Below, piece by piece: positions 11,997 through 22,274 of a stretch of DNA of 64,000 bases; position 1 is the first letter of the stretch, and every line of letters starts with the position of its first letter. The stretch lies in NCBI GenBank assembly GCA_963766075.1, contig CAVYAN010000072.1, positions 1 through 64,000 of the forward strand, written 5' to 3'. The notes beneath the pieces were generated by a model that did not search any database, was not told where the DNA came from, and saw only the letters and a list, made by a program, of their open reading frames with translations. The position numbers and the translations under genes are program-made. Origin of the DNA: an uncultured cyanobacterium. Lineage in GTDB: Bacteria; Cyanobacteriota; Cyanobacteriia; Leptolyngbyales; Leptolyngbyaceae.

Positions 11997-12023
11997 TAGG
12001 GTTCATCTTTACTTTTTGTGGCT

Positions 12024-12488
12024 ATGACTCATCCGCTCGTGCCGAAAATTTTAGAGTTGGCAGCCCCTGTTGCCGAGGCTTTGGGATTGGAAGTCGTAAC
12101 GGCAGTATTTCATACCCACCAGCGTCCCCCCGTCCTGCGCGTTGATGTGCGCAACCTGGAACAGGATACCGGGTTGGCGGATTGTGAACGGATGAGTCGG
12201 GCCTTGGAATTAGCCCTGGATGCGACAGACCTCGTCCCGGAAGCCTACGTCCTTGAGGTTTCGAGTCCCGGCGTGTCGCGGCAGTTGGAGAGCGATCGCG
12301 AATTCATTTCCTTTAAAGGATTTCCGGTGGCCGTCTTGGCTGCCACTGCGGTGGATGGGCAGCAGGAGTGGGTCGGAAACTTGATCAAGCGGGATGCCGA
12401 GGCCGTGCATTTAAGCCTAAAAGGACGGGCGATCGCCATTCCCCGCGCCCTGATCAGCCGCGTTCAGTTACAGGACGTGCCGGAGTAG
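12024..12488 (+). CDS. rimP: Ribosome maturation factor RimP
   Basis: DCERMSRALE, AYVLEVSSPG, FKGFPV; first gene of the rimP-nusA-ylxR-infB operon. Confidence 0.95.
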   Translation: MTHPLVPKILELAAPVAEALGLEVVTAVFHTHQRPPVLRVDVRNLEQDTGLADCERMSRALELALDATDLVPEAYVLEVSSPGVSRQLESDREFISFKGFPVAVLAATAVDGQQEWVGNLIKRDAEAVHLSLKGRAIAIPRALISRVQLQDVPE

Positions 12489-12697
12489 CAGTTTCGGTAT
12501 GCCCCTCCCATTCGGTTGACGGTTCCAATGCCTCAATTTCGATGCCTAAATCTCTGCAATCTCCCCAGGGTTCACGGAGCGCTTTCACGGCACGGGAGGG
12601 TTGTTTATTGCCCGAATCCGGCCCGAACTCCTGAGATAGACCACACGTTTTATTGAACTTCTGAATTTAATTGACCCTAGCGAAATGGAGCCTTTCT

Positions 12698-14080
12698 ATG
12701 TCAATGGTTGCCTTACCCGGACTCAGAGAGATGATCGACGGCATCAGTCGCGATCGCAATTTGCCCAAAACCTCTGTCCAAGCGGCCCTACGCGAAGCCC
12801 TGCTGAAAGGGTACGAACGCTATCGGCGCACCCAACGAATGGACAATCCGGCCTTTGACGAGGAGTACTTCGCCAACTTTGAAGTTGAATTAGACATCGA
12901 TGATGAAGGATTCCGCGTCCTTGCCACTAAAACCATCGTCGAAGAAGTGGACAATCCCGACCATCAAATTGCCCTGCAAGAGGTCCAAGAAGTCGCTGCC
13001 GAAGCTCAACCCGGCGATAGTGTGGTGCTAGATGTCACCCCTGATCAAGGCGACTTTGGCCGTATGGCGGCCATCCAAACCAAGCAAGTCCTCGCGCAAA
13101 AGCTGCGCGACCAACAGCGCAAGCTCGTCCAGGAAGAATTCCAAGAGCTGGAAAACACCGTTCTCAATGCCCGCGTTCTGCGATTTGAGCGGCAATCGGT
13201 GATTATGTCTGTCAGCAGTGGCTTTGGCCAACCCGAAGTAGAGGCCGAACTGCTCAAAAAAGATCAACTGCCCAACGACAACTACCGGGCCAACGCCACA
13301 TTTCGGGTCTACCTGAAGCGGGTGATGGAAGGCTCCCAGCGAGGGCCTCAGCTCCAGGTTTCTCGAACTGATGCGGGCTTGGTCGTCTATCTCTTTGCCA
13401 ACGAAGTCCCGGAAATTGAGGATGAAATTGTCCGGATTGTGGCTGTGGCCCGCGAAGCCAATCCCCCCTCCCGCTACGTGGGTCCCCGCACCAAAATCGC
13501 CGTGGACACCGTAGAGCGGGATGTTGATCCCGTTGGCGCCTGCATCGGGGCACGGGGCTCTCGGATTCAGGTCGTGGTGAATGAGTTGCGGGGTGAAAAG
13601 ATTGATGTGATCCGCTGGTCACCGGATCCCGCTACCTATATTTCTAATGCCCTGAGTCCTGCCCGCGTCGATGAAGTGCGCCTTGTGGATCCGGAAGGCC
13701 GACAGGCCCATATCCTGGTTCCGGAGGATCAATTAAGTTTGGCGATCGGGAAAGAAGGCCAGAATGTGCGTCTTGCGGCCCGGTTAACGGGTTGGAAAAT
13801 TGATATCAAGGATTCTGCGAAGTACGACTATGATGCCGAAGACGAAAAGATGGCCGAAGTCCTCGAAGCCCGTCGTCTTGCCCAAGAAGCCTATGCCCAA
13901 GAAGACGAGGAATATTACGACGATGAAGAATATTACGATGAAGACGCCAGCGCCGCCTCGGACGATTTAGCCGAAGATCTGGCAGAAGTCGAGACAACTG
14001 CCTCAAAATCCGAGTGGTCTGATGGTGCTGCTGCCGATGGATCGGGCACCGAGGGCAGCGCGGCGCTGGAGCGGCCCTAG
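12698..14080 (+). CDS. nusA: Transcription termination/antitermination factor NusA
   Basis: FGRMAAIQTKQ, DPVGACIGARGSRI, LSLAIGKEGQNVRLAARLTGWKIDIK; acidic C-tail. Confidence 0.97.
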   Translation: MSMVALPGLREMIDGISRDRNLPKTSVQAALREALLKGYERYRRTQRMDNPAFDEEYFANFEVELDIDDEGFRVLATKTIVEEVDNPDHQIALQEVQEVAAEAQPGDSVVLDVTPDQGDFGRMAAIQTKQVLAQKLRDQQRKLVQEEFQELENTVLNARVLRFERQSVIMSVSSGFGQPEVEAELLKKDQLPNDNYRANATFRVYLKRVMEGSQRGPQLQVSRTDAGLVVYLFANEVPEIEDEIVRIVAVAREANPPSRYVGPRTKIAVDTVERDVDPVGACIGARGSRIQVVVNELRGEKIDVIRWSPDPATYISNALSPARVDEVRLVDPEGRQAHILVPEDQLSLAIGKEGQNVRLAARLTGWKIDIKDSAKYDYDAEDEKMAEVLEARRLAQEAYAQEDEEYYDDEEYYDEDASAASDDLAEDLAEVETTASKSEWSDGAAADGSGTEGSAALERP

Positions 14081-14081
14081 C

Positions 14082-14336
14082 GTGCTGCCGAATCAACGTC
14101 GATGCTTGAGCTGTCGGCGAGTAGCGGATAAACGTGAGTTTTGGCGGGTGGTGCGGCTGCATGACACCGGGGCGATCGCCCTCGATCACGGCATGGGACG
14201 CTCCGCCTATCTTTGCCCCACCCCTGCCTGTTTACAAGCCGCCCAGAAAAAAAATCGCCTCGGACGGGCCTTGAAAACCGCCCTGCCGCCTACGATTTAT
14301 GAGGCGCTGGCCCAACGCCTAACCCCCACCCAGTGA
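14082..14336 (+). CDS. ylxR: YlxR family protein
   Basis: GTG at 14082; RRCLSCR, GRSAYLC, LGRALK; position between nusA and infB. Confidence 0.88.
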   Translation: MLPNQRRCLSCRRVADKREFWRVVRLHDTGAIALDHGMGRSAYLCPTPACLQAAQKKNRLGRALKTALPPTIYEALAQRLTPTQ

Positions 14337-14776
14337 ATTGGCAGCCATTTTGAACGCGGGTTCCCATCCACGAAACCATAGGGTATTATGAGAGTCCCTT
14401 GATTTACGGGAGTAAGTTTACCCTGGACGTTCGAGTTTGGATTCGGCAATGGGTTAGGAATAGCGAGCAGCTCAGGGATATTCCTCAGGAATGCCTCTGA
14501 AGTTCTGTAATGTTTTACTAGCAAATTGACCCATTACCGACCCGGATTCGTGCACAATAAAGGAGTATTTACTTCAATGTCCGACTTCAGTGCCCGACAT
14601 TAAGCAATACGCTTGCGGGATCGCCACCCGCACTCAAAGCCATCGGCTTCTGATCTCAGAAAGACGAGATACATCCAACCTTGAGGAGAATTCGGCGAAA
14701 TCAACTGTAGTTTAGTCGTCGTAACGGCAGGTAACTATGTGACATTAGCAGGCTATAGGTAGAGAGGGAAGACTGG

Positions 14777-17700
14777 ATGAACAATGGAAAAGTTAGAATT
14801 TACGAGCTATCAAAAGAACTAAATTTGGATAATAAAGATTTACTCGCAGTTTGCGAACAACTGGATATTTCCGTCAAGAGCCACAGCAGCACCATCACCG
14901 ACTCCGAGGCCGAGCGTATCCGTGCTGCCGCTGAAAAATACGTTGCCAGTCATCCTGCCCAAAAGTCCGCGCCCGCTCGCCAAGGATCTCAATCTCAAGC
15001 CGACTCAATGCGAAAACCCGCCCCTGTGCAGAAAAAGCAGCAAATCCTGGAGATTCGCAGCAAGCCGATTATTCGGCAGCCGATCAGTCCCGAACCCCCT
15101 GCAGCATCCAACGGCAACGCGCAGGTTGCTAATTTTTCACAGACCCAGATTGCTGCCAAGCCCGCTGCTCTCAATCGTCCCGGTACGGTTCCGGCGCTGG
15201 ACGTTTCGGAAGTCGAAGAAGACGCATTAGAGCCAGAATCCCCTGAGGTTGGGTTAGCCCCCGTCGAAGTTACTCCTGAGCCCTCTGCTCGCGACCTGCC
15301 TAAAGAGCAAATAGGGGGCACTGAGGTGGTACAAGTTGACGCTCTGCCTGACTCGTCGCAGCCAGAGCTTTCTGGTCCACCACCCCGCCCCAGTGCTACG
15401 GTGATGCGAACTGCGGTGCCCGCTAATCCCAATCGCCCAGTCTTAAAGCGCGGTGCAGGAGCTTCTGCACCGCGAACCGAGGGTGCCCGTCCGTCCGAAC
15501 GGGCAGGCGTAGCGGGAAAACCTGCTGGTTCCCGTCAGCCGGGAAGCAAGCCGGGAGAAGACCGAGGTCCAGCGCGTCCACCGACGATTGTGGAGTTGCG
15601 CCGTCCGAAACCGGCACAGTCAGAGTATTCCGGTGGAATTTCCAGCCGGGGCGGTGGCGATTTAGCCTCTGTCGAGGCTCCCGTTCTTAAAATCAATCGT
15701 CCAAAGCCCGGTCCGCCGGGATCCGCTGCGGCGGGCGATACGGTTCAATTGCAGACCAAGCCTGTTCTGCCGAAGTTGGGCAGCAAAAAACGTGGACGCC
15801 ACGACGAAGAGGAAGAAGTCGTCGAATTTCCCGAAAAGGCCAAGGTGGGGCCTAAGAACAAGCGGCGTTCGGAGGTAGACGACGAGGATGAAGATCTAGA
15901 ACTGCTGTTGGATGAGGATGAACTGGATCCGGATGAAGATTCACCGGTTCAGGTTAGCTTGTCCCTGGTGCGTCCGGCTAAGCCTAAGTCGGCCAAGTCA
16001 GCACAGCCTAAACCTCCACAAGCAGCAGCACCGAAGCCAAAGCGTCAGGGTAGTTTCCGAGATCGCCGCGATCGCCGTGACCAAGACACTAAGGTCGAAA
16101 AGCCAGAGTTGATCACCCTTACGGGCAGCGTCACCGTTCAGGAACTATCAGCTTTGCTGATGACTCCAGAAACCAATATCATTCGCGCGCTGTTCTTCAA
16201 GGGCATTGCCGCTACCATTACCCAAACCCTGGATGTAGCCACAGCCACCATGGTGGCTGAAGAACTTGGCATCCTGGTGGAAGCTGGTGAAAAGGAATCA
16301 GAGGCCCGCAAGATCACAGAAATGCTCGATGCGGACGATCTGGACAATTTACAGCGCCGTCCACCGGTTGTCACCATCATGGGGCACGTGGACCATGGTA
16401 AAACGACCTTGCTGGACTCCATTCGCCGTGCGAAGGTTGCCCAGGGCGAGGCCGGGGGCATTACCCAACACATTGGTGCTTACCACGTAGAGGTGGAGCA
16501 CAATGGTGAAAAACAGCCCGTGGTTTTCCTGGACACGCCTGGTCACGAGGCGTTTACGGCCATGCGGGCACGGGGAGCACGGGTCACGGACATTGCCATT
16601 CTGGTAGTCGCGGCAGATGATGGGGTGCGCCCGCAAACCATTGAAGCGATCAGCCACGCGAAAGCTGCCGGAGTGCCGATTATTGTCGCCATTAACAAAA
16701 TCGATAAGGAGCAGGCACAGCCTGACCGGGTGAAGCAGGAACTCACCGAACACGGCTTGGTCGCTGAAGATTGGGGTGGCGACACAATTATGGTCCCCGT
16801 GAGCGCCATGACGGGCGAACATTTGGACACGCTGCTAGAGATGATTCTGTTGGTAGCCGAAATCGAGGACATGCACGCGAATCCGGATCGTCTGGCGCGC
16901 GGTACGGTCATCGAAGCTCACTTGGATAAAGCCAAGGGGGCAGTGGCTACCCTGATTATTCAAAACGGGACATTACGGGTTGGCGATATTATCGTGGCCG
17001 GTTCTTCCCTAGGCAAAGTGCGGGCCTTGATGGACGATCGCGGTGCTCGAGTGAAGGCAGCATTGCCATCCTTTGCCGTAGAGGTGTTGGGTCTGAATGA
17101 TGTGCCAGCGGCTGGAGATGAGTTCCAGGTGTTTGGCGACGAAAAAGAAGCGCGGGCGATCGCCGAAGCCAAGCAGGATCAACAGCGCCAGTCGCGGTTG
17201 ATGGCGGCCATGTCTTCACGCCGGGTTAGCTTGAATACCCTATCAGTCCGGGCTCAAGAAGGCGACCTGAAGGAACTGAACTTGGTGCTCAAAGCCGATG
17301 TGCAAGGTTCTGTGGAAGCAATTCTAGGTGCTTTGAAACAGCTTCCCCAAAAAGAAGTTCAAGTGCGGGTTCTGTTTGCTGCGCCGGGTGAGATCTCGGA
17401 AACAGACGTCGATTTGGCAGCGGCCAGCTCGGCGGTGATTATCGGGTTCAATACAACCCTGGCACCGGGGGCACGGCAGGCGGCGGACCGGGCCGGTGTG
17501 GATGTGCGCGATTACAACATCATCTACAATCTGCTGGACGATATTCAGGCCGCCATGGAAGGTCTACTCGATCCCGAAATGGTGGAGGAAGCCCTGGGAC
17601 AAGTGGAAGTTCGAGCCGTCTTCCCTGTGGGACGTGGAGCTGTGGCAGGCTGTTACGTGCTGTCGGGCAAGATTGTCCGCAACTCCCGGATTCGGGTACG

Positions 17701-17884
17701 TCGTGGCAATGCCATGGTCTTTGATGGCAATCTCGATTCCCTAAAACGGATGAAGGAAGATACTCGCGAAGTCAATGCTGGATACGAATGCGGCATCGGG
17801 GTAGATAACTTCAACGGTTGGGAATTGGGCGATGTCATTGAGGTGTTCCGCATGGTTTCCAAGCGGCGGACCCTCTCGAAATAA
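14777..17884 (+). CDS. infB: Translation initiation factor IF-2
   Basis: [47 protein letters not shown]. Confidence 0.98.
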   Translation: MNNGKVRIYELSKELNLDNKDLLAVCEQLDISVKSHSSTITDSEAERIRAAAEKYVASHPAQKSAPARQGSQSQADSMRKPAPVQKKQQILEIRSKPIIRQPISPEPPAASNGNAQVANFSQTQIAAKPAALNRPGTVPALDVSEVEEDALEPESPEVGLAPVEVTPEPSARDLPKEQIGGTEVVQVDALPDSSQPELSGPPPRPSATVMRTAVPANPNRPVLKRGAGASAPRTEGARPSERAGVAGKPAGSRQPGSKPGEDRGPARPPTIVELRRPKPAQSEYSGGISSRGGGDLASVEAPVLKINRPKPGPPGSAAAGDTVQLQTKPVLPKLGSKKRGRHDEEEEVVEFPEKAKVGPKNKRRSEVDDEDEDLELLLDEDELDPDEDSPVQVSLSLVRPAKPKSAKSAQPKPPQAAAPKPKRQGSFRDRRDRRDQDTKVEKPELITLTGSVTVQELSALLMTPETNIIRALFFKGIAATITQTLDVATATMVAEELGILVEAGEKESEARKITEMLDADDLDNLQRRPPVVTIMGHVDHGKTTLLDSIRRAKVAQGEAGGITQHIGAYHVEVEHNGEKQPVVFLDTPGHEAFTAMRARGARVTDIAILVVAADDGVRPQTIEAISHAKAAGVPIIVAINKIDKEQAQPDRVKQELTEHGLVAEDWGGDTIMVPVSAMTGEHLDTLLEMILLVAEIEDMHANPDRLARGTVIEAHLDKAKGAVATLIIQNGTLRVGDIIVAGSSLGKVRALMDDRGARVKAALPSFAVEVLGLNDVPAAGDEFQVFGDEKEARAIAEAKQDQQRQSRLMAAMSSRRVSLNTLSVRAQEGDLKELNLVLKADVQGSVEAILGALKQLPQKEVQVRVLFAAPGEISETDVDLAAASSAVIIGFNTTLAPGARQAADRAGVDVRDYNIIYNLLDDIQAAMEGLLDPEMVEEALGQVEVRAVFPVGRGAVAGCYVLSGKIVRNSRIRVRRGNAMVFDGNLDSLKRMKEDTREVNAGYECGIGVDNFNGWELGDVIEVFRMVSKRRTLSK

Positions 17885-18000
17885 AGCTGCTCCGGGTTTA
17901 AGCCCAGCTTAAGCTCTAAGCCGAGCTTAAGCTGGGTGGTTGGTTTAGCGAATCGTTGACCCAGAACCTAAAAGCCCCAGAACCTAAAATCTTGAGAGTC

Positions 18001-18036
18001 ACAAAAGGAGGCGTACAAATGTACGCCTCCTTTTGT
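18001..18036. terminator. Intrinsic terminator after infB (potentially bidirectional)
   Basis: 17-bp perfect inverted repeat ACAAAAGGAGGCGTACA / TGTACGCCTCCTTTTGT. Confidence 0.8.
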
Positions 18037-18194
18037 ATGAGTTTTTCATTTTATAGATATTTTAGAAATAGGATTCCCGGCACCTGCTGCATTTGATCGT
18101 TTGAATTGTCCCCCTGATTACTTTCTTCCCGCCTTGATTCCCCACTCTGCTGACACCCCGTATCATGGGATGTGACCTGCAACACCCTCTATCC

Positions 18195-19373
18195 ATGCTG
18201 TCTCACATTAAAGATCTGGCAACTAACCTGGCTCCCCGCCTGATCGAAATCCGTCGCCATATTCACAGCCATCCTGAGCTGAGTGGCGAAGAATATCAAA
18301 CCGCTGCCTATGTTGCGGGCGTCCTGTCTTCCTGTGGGTTGCGCGTTAAAGAAGGCGTGGGTAAAGTCGGCGTAGTGGGGGAGCTTCCTGGCAATGGCAC
18401 CGACGATCGCCTCCTCGCCATCCGAGCTGACATGGATGCCCTGCCGATTCATGAACGCACTAGTCTCGATTTTGCCTCGCGCCAACCCGGCATTATGCAT
18501 GCCTGTGGCCACGATGTTCACACCACGCTGGGCCTTGGAACGGCTATGGTATTGTCGCAACTGGGCATCACCTTACCCGGTACCCTCCGCTTTCTCTTTC
18601 AGTCCGCTGAAGAAATTGCCCAGGGGGCCCAGTGGATGGTTCAAGACGGCGCAATGAAAGATGTTTCCGCTATTTTGGGAGCGCATGTGTTTCCCACTAT
18701 CCCTGCGGGTGTGGTGGGCATTCGCTATGGAGCGCTGACTGCCGCCGCCGATGATTTGGAAATTACGATTATCGGTGAATCGGGGCATGGGGCGCGCCCC
18801 CACGAGGCCGTTGACGCCATTTGGATTGCGGCCCAGGTGATTACTACGCTACAGCAAGCCATTAGCCGCACCCAAAATCCCCTGCGCCCCGTTGTGCTAA
18901 CAATTGGCAAAATTTCGGGTGGGCGGGCCGCCAATGTGATTGCCGATCAGGTTCAGCTTCTGGGGACGGTGCGATCGCTCCATCCTGAAACCAGCGCCAT
19001 GTTGCCCGCCTGGATTGAAAACATTGTCGCCAACGTCTGCCAGACTTCTGGGGCTAAATACGAACTCACCTATCGGCGCGGTGTGCCCTCCGTCCAAAAT
19101 GACATGGGGTTAACCCAACTGCTGGAAGCCTGTGCCCGCGAAGCGTGGGGCAGTAGCGGGGTGCAAATTATTCAGGAACCTTCCCTGGGCGCGGAGGATT
19201 TTTCAGTGTATCTGCAACAGGCCCAGGGCAGCATGTTTCGCCTGGGGGTCGGCTTTACGGACAAGCGCAACTATCCCCTGCACCATCCGCAGTTTGAGGT
19301 GGACGAGGCGGCGATTGTAACTGGGGTCGTGACCTTGGCCTATGCGGCTTATCAATATTGGCAGCAAAAGTAA
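18195..19373 (+). CDS. M20 family amidohydrolase (N-acyl-L-amino acid amidohydrolase-like)
   Basis: RRHIHSHPELS, RADMDALP, MHACGHD, FQSAEE, GHGARPH, GAEDF, HHPQF. Confidence 0.92.
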   Translation: MLSHIKDLATNLAPRLIEIRRHIHSHPELSGEEYQTAAYVAGVLSSCGLRVKEGVGKVGVVGELPGNGTDDRLLAIRADMDALPIHERTSLDFASRQPGIMHACGHDVHTTLGLGTAMVLSQLGITLPGTLRFLFQSAEEIAQGAQWMVQDGAMKDVSAILGAHVFPTIPAGVVGIRYGALTAAADDLEITIIGESGHGARPHEAVDAIWIAAQVITTLQQAISRTQNPLRPVVLTIGKISGGRAANVIADQVQLLGTVRSLHPETSAMLPAWIENIVANVCQTSGAKYELTYRRGVPSVQNDMGLTQLLEACAREAWGSSGVQIIQEPSLGAEDFSVYLQQAQGSMFRLGVGFTDKRNYPLHHPQFEVDEAAIVTGVVTLAYAAYQYWQQK

Positions 19374-19431
19374 TTAAAAATTAAAGTAATTAAAAATTAA
19401 CCGTGCCAAATTAACCATGCTCGCGGAGTGG

Positions 19432-20196
19432 CTAAGACTGGGGGCGATTTTGAGCGATGGTGGCTACTGTGGTGGGGGAGAGAGCGAGGGCGATCGCCAC
19501 TTGCTCCACCGACAGGCCCATCTCTAACAGCTTGATCGCCCCCGACTGAATTTGTTCCTGTAAGGACTCGGCTCGCTGGTCGGCCAACTCGGCTCGTCGA
19601 TTTAACTCGACAGAGGTTAAGAACCGCCGTCCATCGGGACGGTAGATTTCCAGTTCCACATTCACCTGGGTAAACCGAATCCCTAGGCGGGGACTAACCC
19701 AGCCTTCCATCGCGGCAATGGGGAGCAGGGCGTTGCCACTGCGAATCCAGCCGTTGAGCCTTAGCCGTTGGGGATCGTAGAGATAATATTCTTCCACCCC
19801 ATACTGCTCGTAAAAGTCCCGCTTGGTGGCCATTTCCCGTTGAGTATTGCTGGGAGACAGGATTTCAAAGGCCACTTGTGGGGCGATGTGCCGTTCTTTC
19901 CACTGTTGATAGGAACTCCGCTTGCCTTTGGGCCGCCCAAAAATTACCATGACATCGGGGGCTTGTCGGGTTTTGTTGTCCCCTTCGATGGGGTACCACA
20001 GCAAGTCTCCGGCAATAAAAACATCCAGATCCTCAGCAAACAGAATTTCTAGATTCTCTTTGATGATCACAATCCAGCGAAATTGTTCCGTATTGATCCA
20101 GCGAAATTGTTCCGTATTGTCGGACATGGGGTTGCCGTCATTTTCGGGATAGAACAAATTTGGATCAATCGAAGTTGTAGTATTCATAGGAGTCAT
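19432..20196 (-). CDS. Uma2/DUF820 family PD-(D/E)XK protein
   Basis: YPENDGNPMSDN, APDVMV, FEILSPSN, YGVEEYYLYDP, SPRLG. Confidence 0.9.
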   Translation of the reverse strand: MTPMNTTTSIDPNLFYPENDGNPMSDNTEQFRWINTEQFRWIVIIKENLEILFAEDLDVFIAGDLLWYPIEGDNKTRQAPDVMVIFGRPKGKRSSYQQWKERHIAPQVAFEILSPSNTQREMATKRDFYEQYGVEEYYLYDPQRLRLNGWIRSGNALLPIAAMEGWVSPRLGIRFTQVNVELEIYRPDGRRFLTSVELNRRAELADQRAESLQEQIQSGAIKLLEMGLSVEQVAIALALSPTTVATIAQNRPQS

Positions 20197-20298
20197 ACTC
20201 GTTTCGCGATCGCTTCGGCTTACAATGGCACTCTCTTCATTTTAAACTGATGGCTGTTAAGCAGAGCGCCTCAGCATTCTTTCTGGAGAAAGTGTTTC

Positions 20299-21204
20299 AT
20301 GTCTAGGTTGAATACGCGATCTGTCCCCAGAATTGTCCACAGAGGTATCCAAACCATTGGACCTACCCTGAGACACTCCGTTAAACAGTTGGCACAGCGA
20401 TTACCTATTGCACCAGAGACGTGGGCCAAGCTAGATTTGCTCAAAACTTTGGTGCAGCGGGATTTGGAAGCTCGTTATAAAGGCTCACTGCTAGGCAATG
20501 TGTGGCCGTTAGTCAATCAATTAGCCCAGCTTTTGGTTTATACCTATGTCTTTTCAATTGTGCTTCAGGTCAAGCTCAGCCTCAAAACCTTGCCCACGAA
20601 TAACTTCACCTTTGGGCTGTGGTTGTTTGCAGGACTGATTCCCTGGACTGCCTTTGTCATGGGACTGACTCAAGCCTCGACCGCCGTGATTGCTCAGCCC
20701 AATCTGGTAAAGAAAGTGGTGTTTCCCTTAGCTCTACTGCCATTGGTGCCGATTGGTTCGGCTTTTTTGGAAAGCACTTTGGGCATGATGGCCTTGGTCG
20801 TCTTTACGGCATTTACGGCACAGACAATTCACAGCACCTTGTGGTTGCTGCCATTGATCTGGATTCCACAGCTTCTCTTTACTGCGGGGATGGGCTACTG
20901 GGCGGCGGGGTTGACGGTGTTTCTGCGGGATATTCCGCAGACGATCGCTGTGGTGATGAACCTTTGGTTCTATGTCACACCCATCATTTATCCCGCCTCA
21001 GTGATTCCGGCAGGATTACGAGATTGGGTATTTTGGCTCAATCCGATGGCAGCGATCGCCGAAGTCTACCGCGACTTAATCCTGGTGGGTGCCGTCCACC
21101 ATGGGCGCGAGTGGGGCGTGACCTGGCTGATTTCGAGTTTGCTGTTTGTGAGTGGTTTTAAGATGTATCAACGCCTGCGCCCCGGCTTTGCCGATGTGCT
21201 GTAG
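20299..21204 (+). CDS. wzm: Polysaccharide ABC-2 exporter permease (Wzm/RfbA)
   Basis: RDLEARYKGSLLG, NLVKKVVFP, VFLRDI, WFYVTPIIYP, LNPM, C-terminal FADVL. Confidence 0.9.
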   Translation: MSRLNTRSVPRIVHRGIQTIGPTLRHSVKQLAQRLPIAPETWAKLDLLKTLVQRDLEARYKGSLLGNVWPLVNQLAQLLVYTYVFSIVLQVKLSLKTLPTNNFTFGLWLFAGLIPWTAFVMGLTQASTAVIAQPNLVKKVVFPLALLPLVPIGSAFLESTLGMMALVVFTAFTAQTIHSTLWLLPLIWIPQLLFTAGMGYWAAGLTVFLRDIPQTIAVVMNLWFYVTPIIYPASVIPAGLRDWVFWLNPMAAIAEVYRDLILVGAVHHGREWGVTWLISSLLFVSGFKMYQRLRPGFADVL

Positions 21205-21288
21205 CGCTCATGTCTTGTAGCGCTCATGTATTATGGGAGTCATAGGGTTGAGTTGTTGGTTAGGACTCCTACGTTAGGACTTCATACT

Positions 21289-21999
21289 ATGTACCTGACT
21301 GGTCAAGAGCTAGATGCTCATATGCCCGATGCCACAAAGTTGCTCAGTAACGAGCCTGAAATGGAAAGCTCTTTGCACTATATGCAACTTTTGTTGCTGG
21401 TCACGTGCCTCGAATGGCTGTGGCGAGATCGCGAAAATTTTTTTGTTGGGGCCAATCTGACGATTTACTACAGTCGCCAGCAACTGCGTACCCAAGACTT
21501 TCGTGGCCCTGATTTTTTCTTGGTCAAAGATGTGCAAAAACATCCCCGTAATTCCTGGGTGGTGTGGGAAGAAGAGGGGCGCTATCCCAATTTGATCATT
21601 GAGCTGCTATCGGACTCAACCGCCCAGATTGACCGCACCCTTAAAAAAGCACTGTACCAAGATCGCTTCCACACTGCCGAGTACTTTTGGTTTTCGCCCA
21701 ATAGTTTGGAGTTTGAAGGATTTCGGCGGGGGGCAATGGGCTATGAGACGATCATCCCCAATGATCAAGGCTGGCGTTGGAGCGAAGAATTGGGCCTATA
21801 CTTAGGCATTGAATCGCGACAGTTGCGTTATTTCAGTATTAGTGGAGAGTTGATACCCACGCCACAGGAAGCTGCGTTGCAGGCACAGCAAAACGCTGAG
21901 CGCGAACGGCAAAACGCTGAGCGCGAACGGCAGCGGTCCACGGAGATGGCTATGCTCCTCCAAAAGTATCGAGCTGAATTTGGGGAGTTGCCTGAGTAG
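21289..21999 (+). CDS. Uma2/DUF820 family protein between wzm and wzt
   Basis: EPEMESSLH, GPDFF, SWVVWEE, IELLSDST, EYFWF; NAERERQ repeated twice; likely ATG 21289. Confidence 0.9.
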   Translation: MYLTGQELDAHMPDATKLLSNEPEMESSLHYMQLLLLVTCLEWLWRDRENFFVGANLTIYYSRQQLRTQDFRGPDFFLVKDVQKHPRNSWVVWEEEGRYPNLIIELLSDSTAQIDRTLKKALYQDRFHTAEYFWFSPNSLEFEGFRRGAMGYETIIPNDQGWRWSEELGLYLGIESRQLRYFSISGELIPTPQEAALQAQQNAERERQNAERERQRSTEMAMLLQKYRAEFGELPE

Positions 22000-22274
22000 T
22001 TACTAGGTCGCTAGGGTGCGCCGCTTGCGTCTCTTTAGGAGAGGGTTCAGTCAAGGCAACGGATGGCAGGTGCTGCAACGCCTCCCTTGAACTCGCGATG
22101 GAAGTCCGCCCCATGCAGTAACCCCATGCAGTAAGATAATCAGGCATTCCTGTTAGGGGCGTCTACCGCTAGAGCGAGTCGGTTAGGACCGAGATCGCTT
22201 TTTGTGGCAGTTTTGTGGTGGGTGGACGGGATATCAGCACTGATGTCCCTGTTTTGCGGACGTGTTTGAAACCT

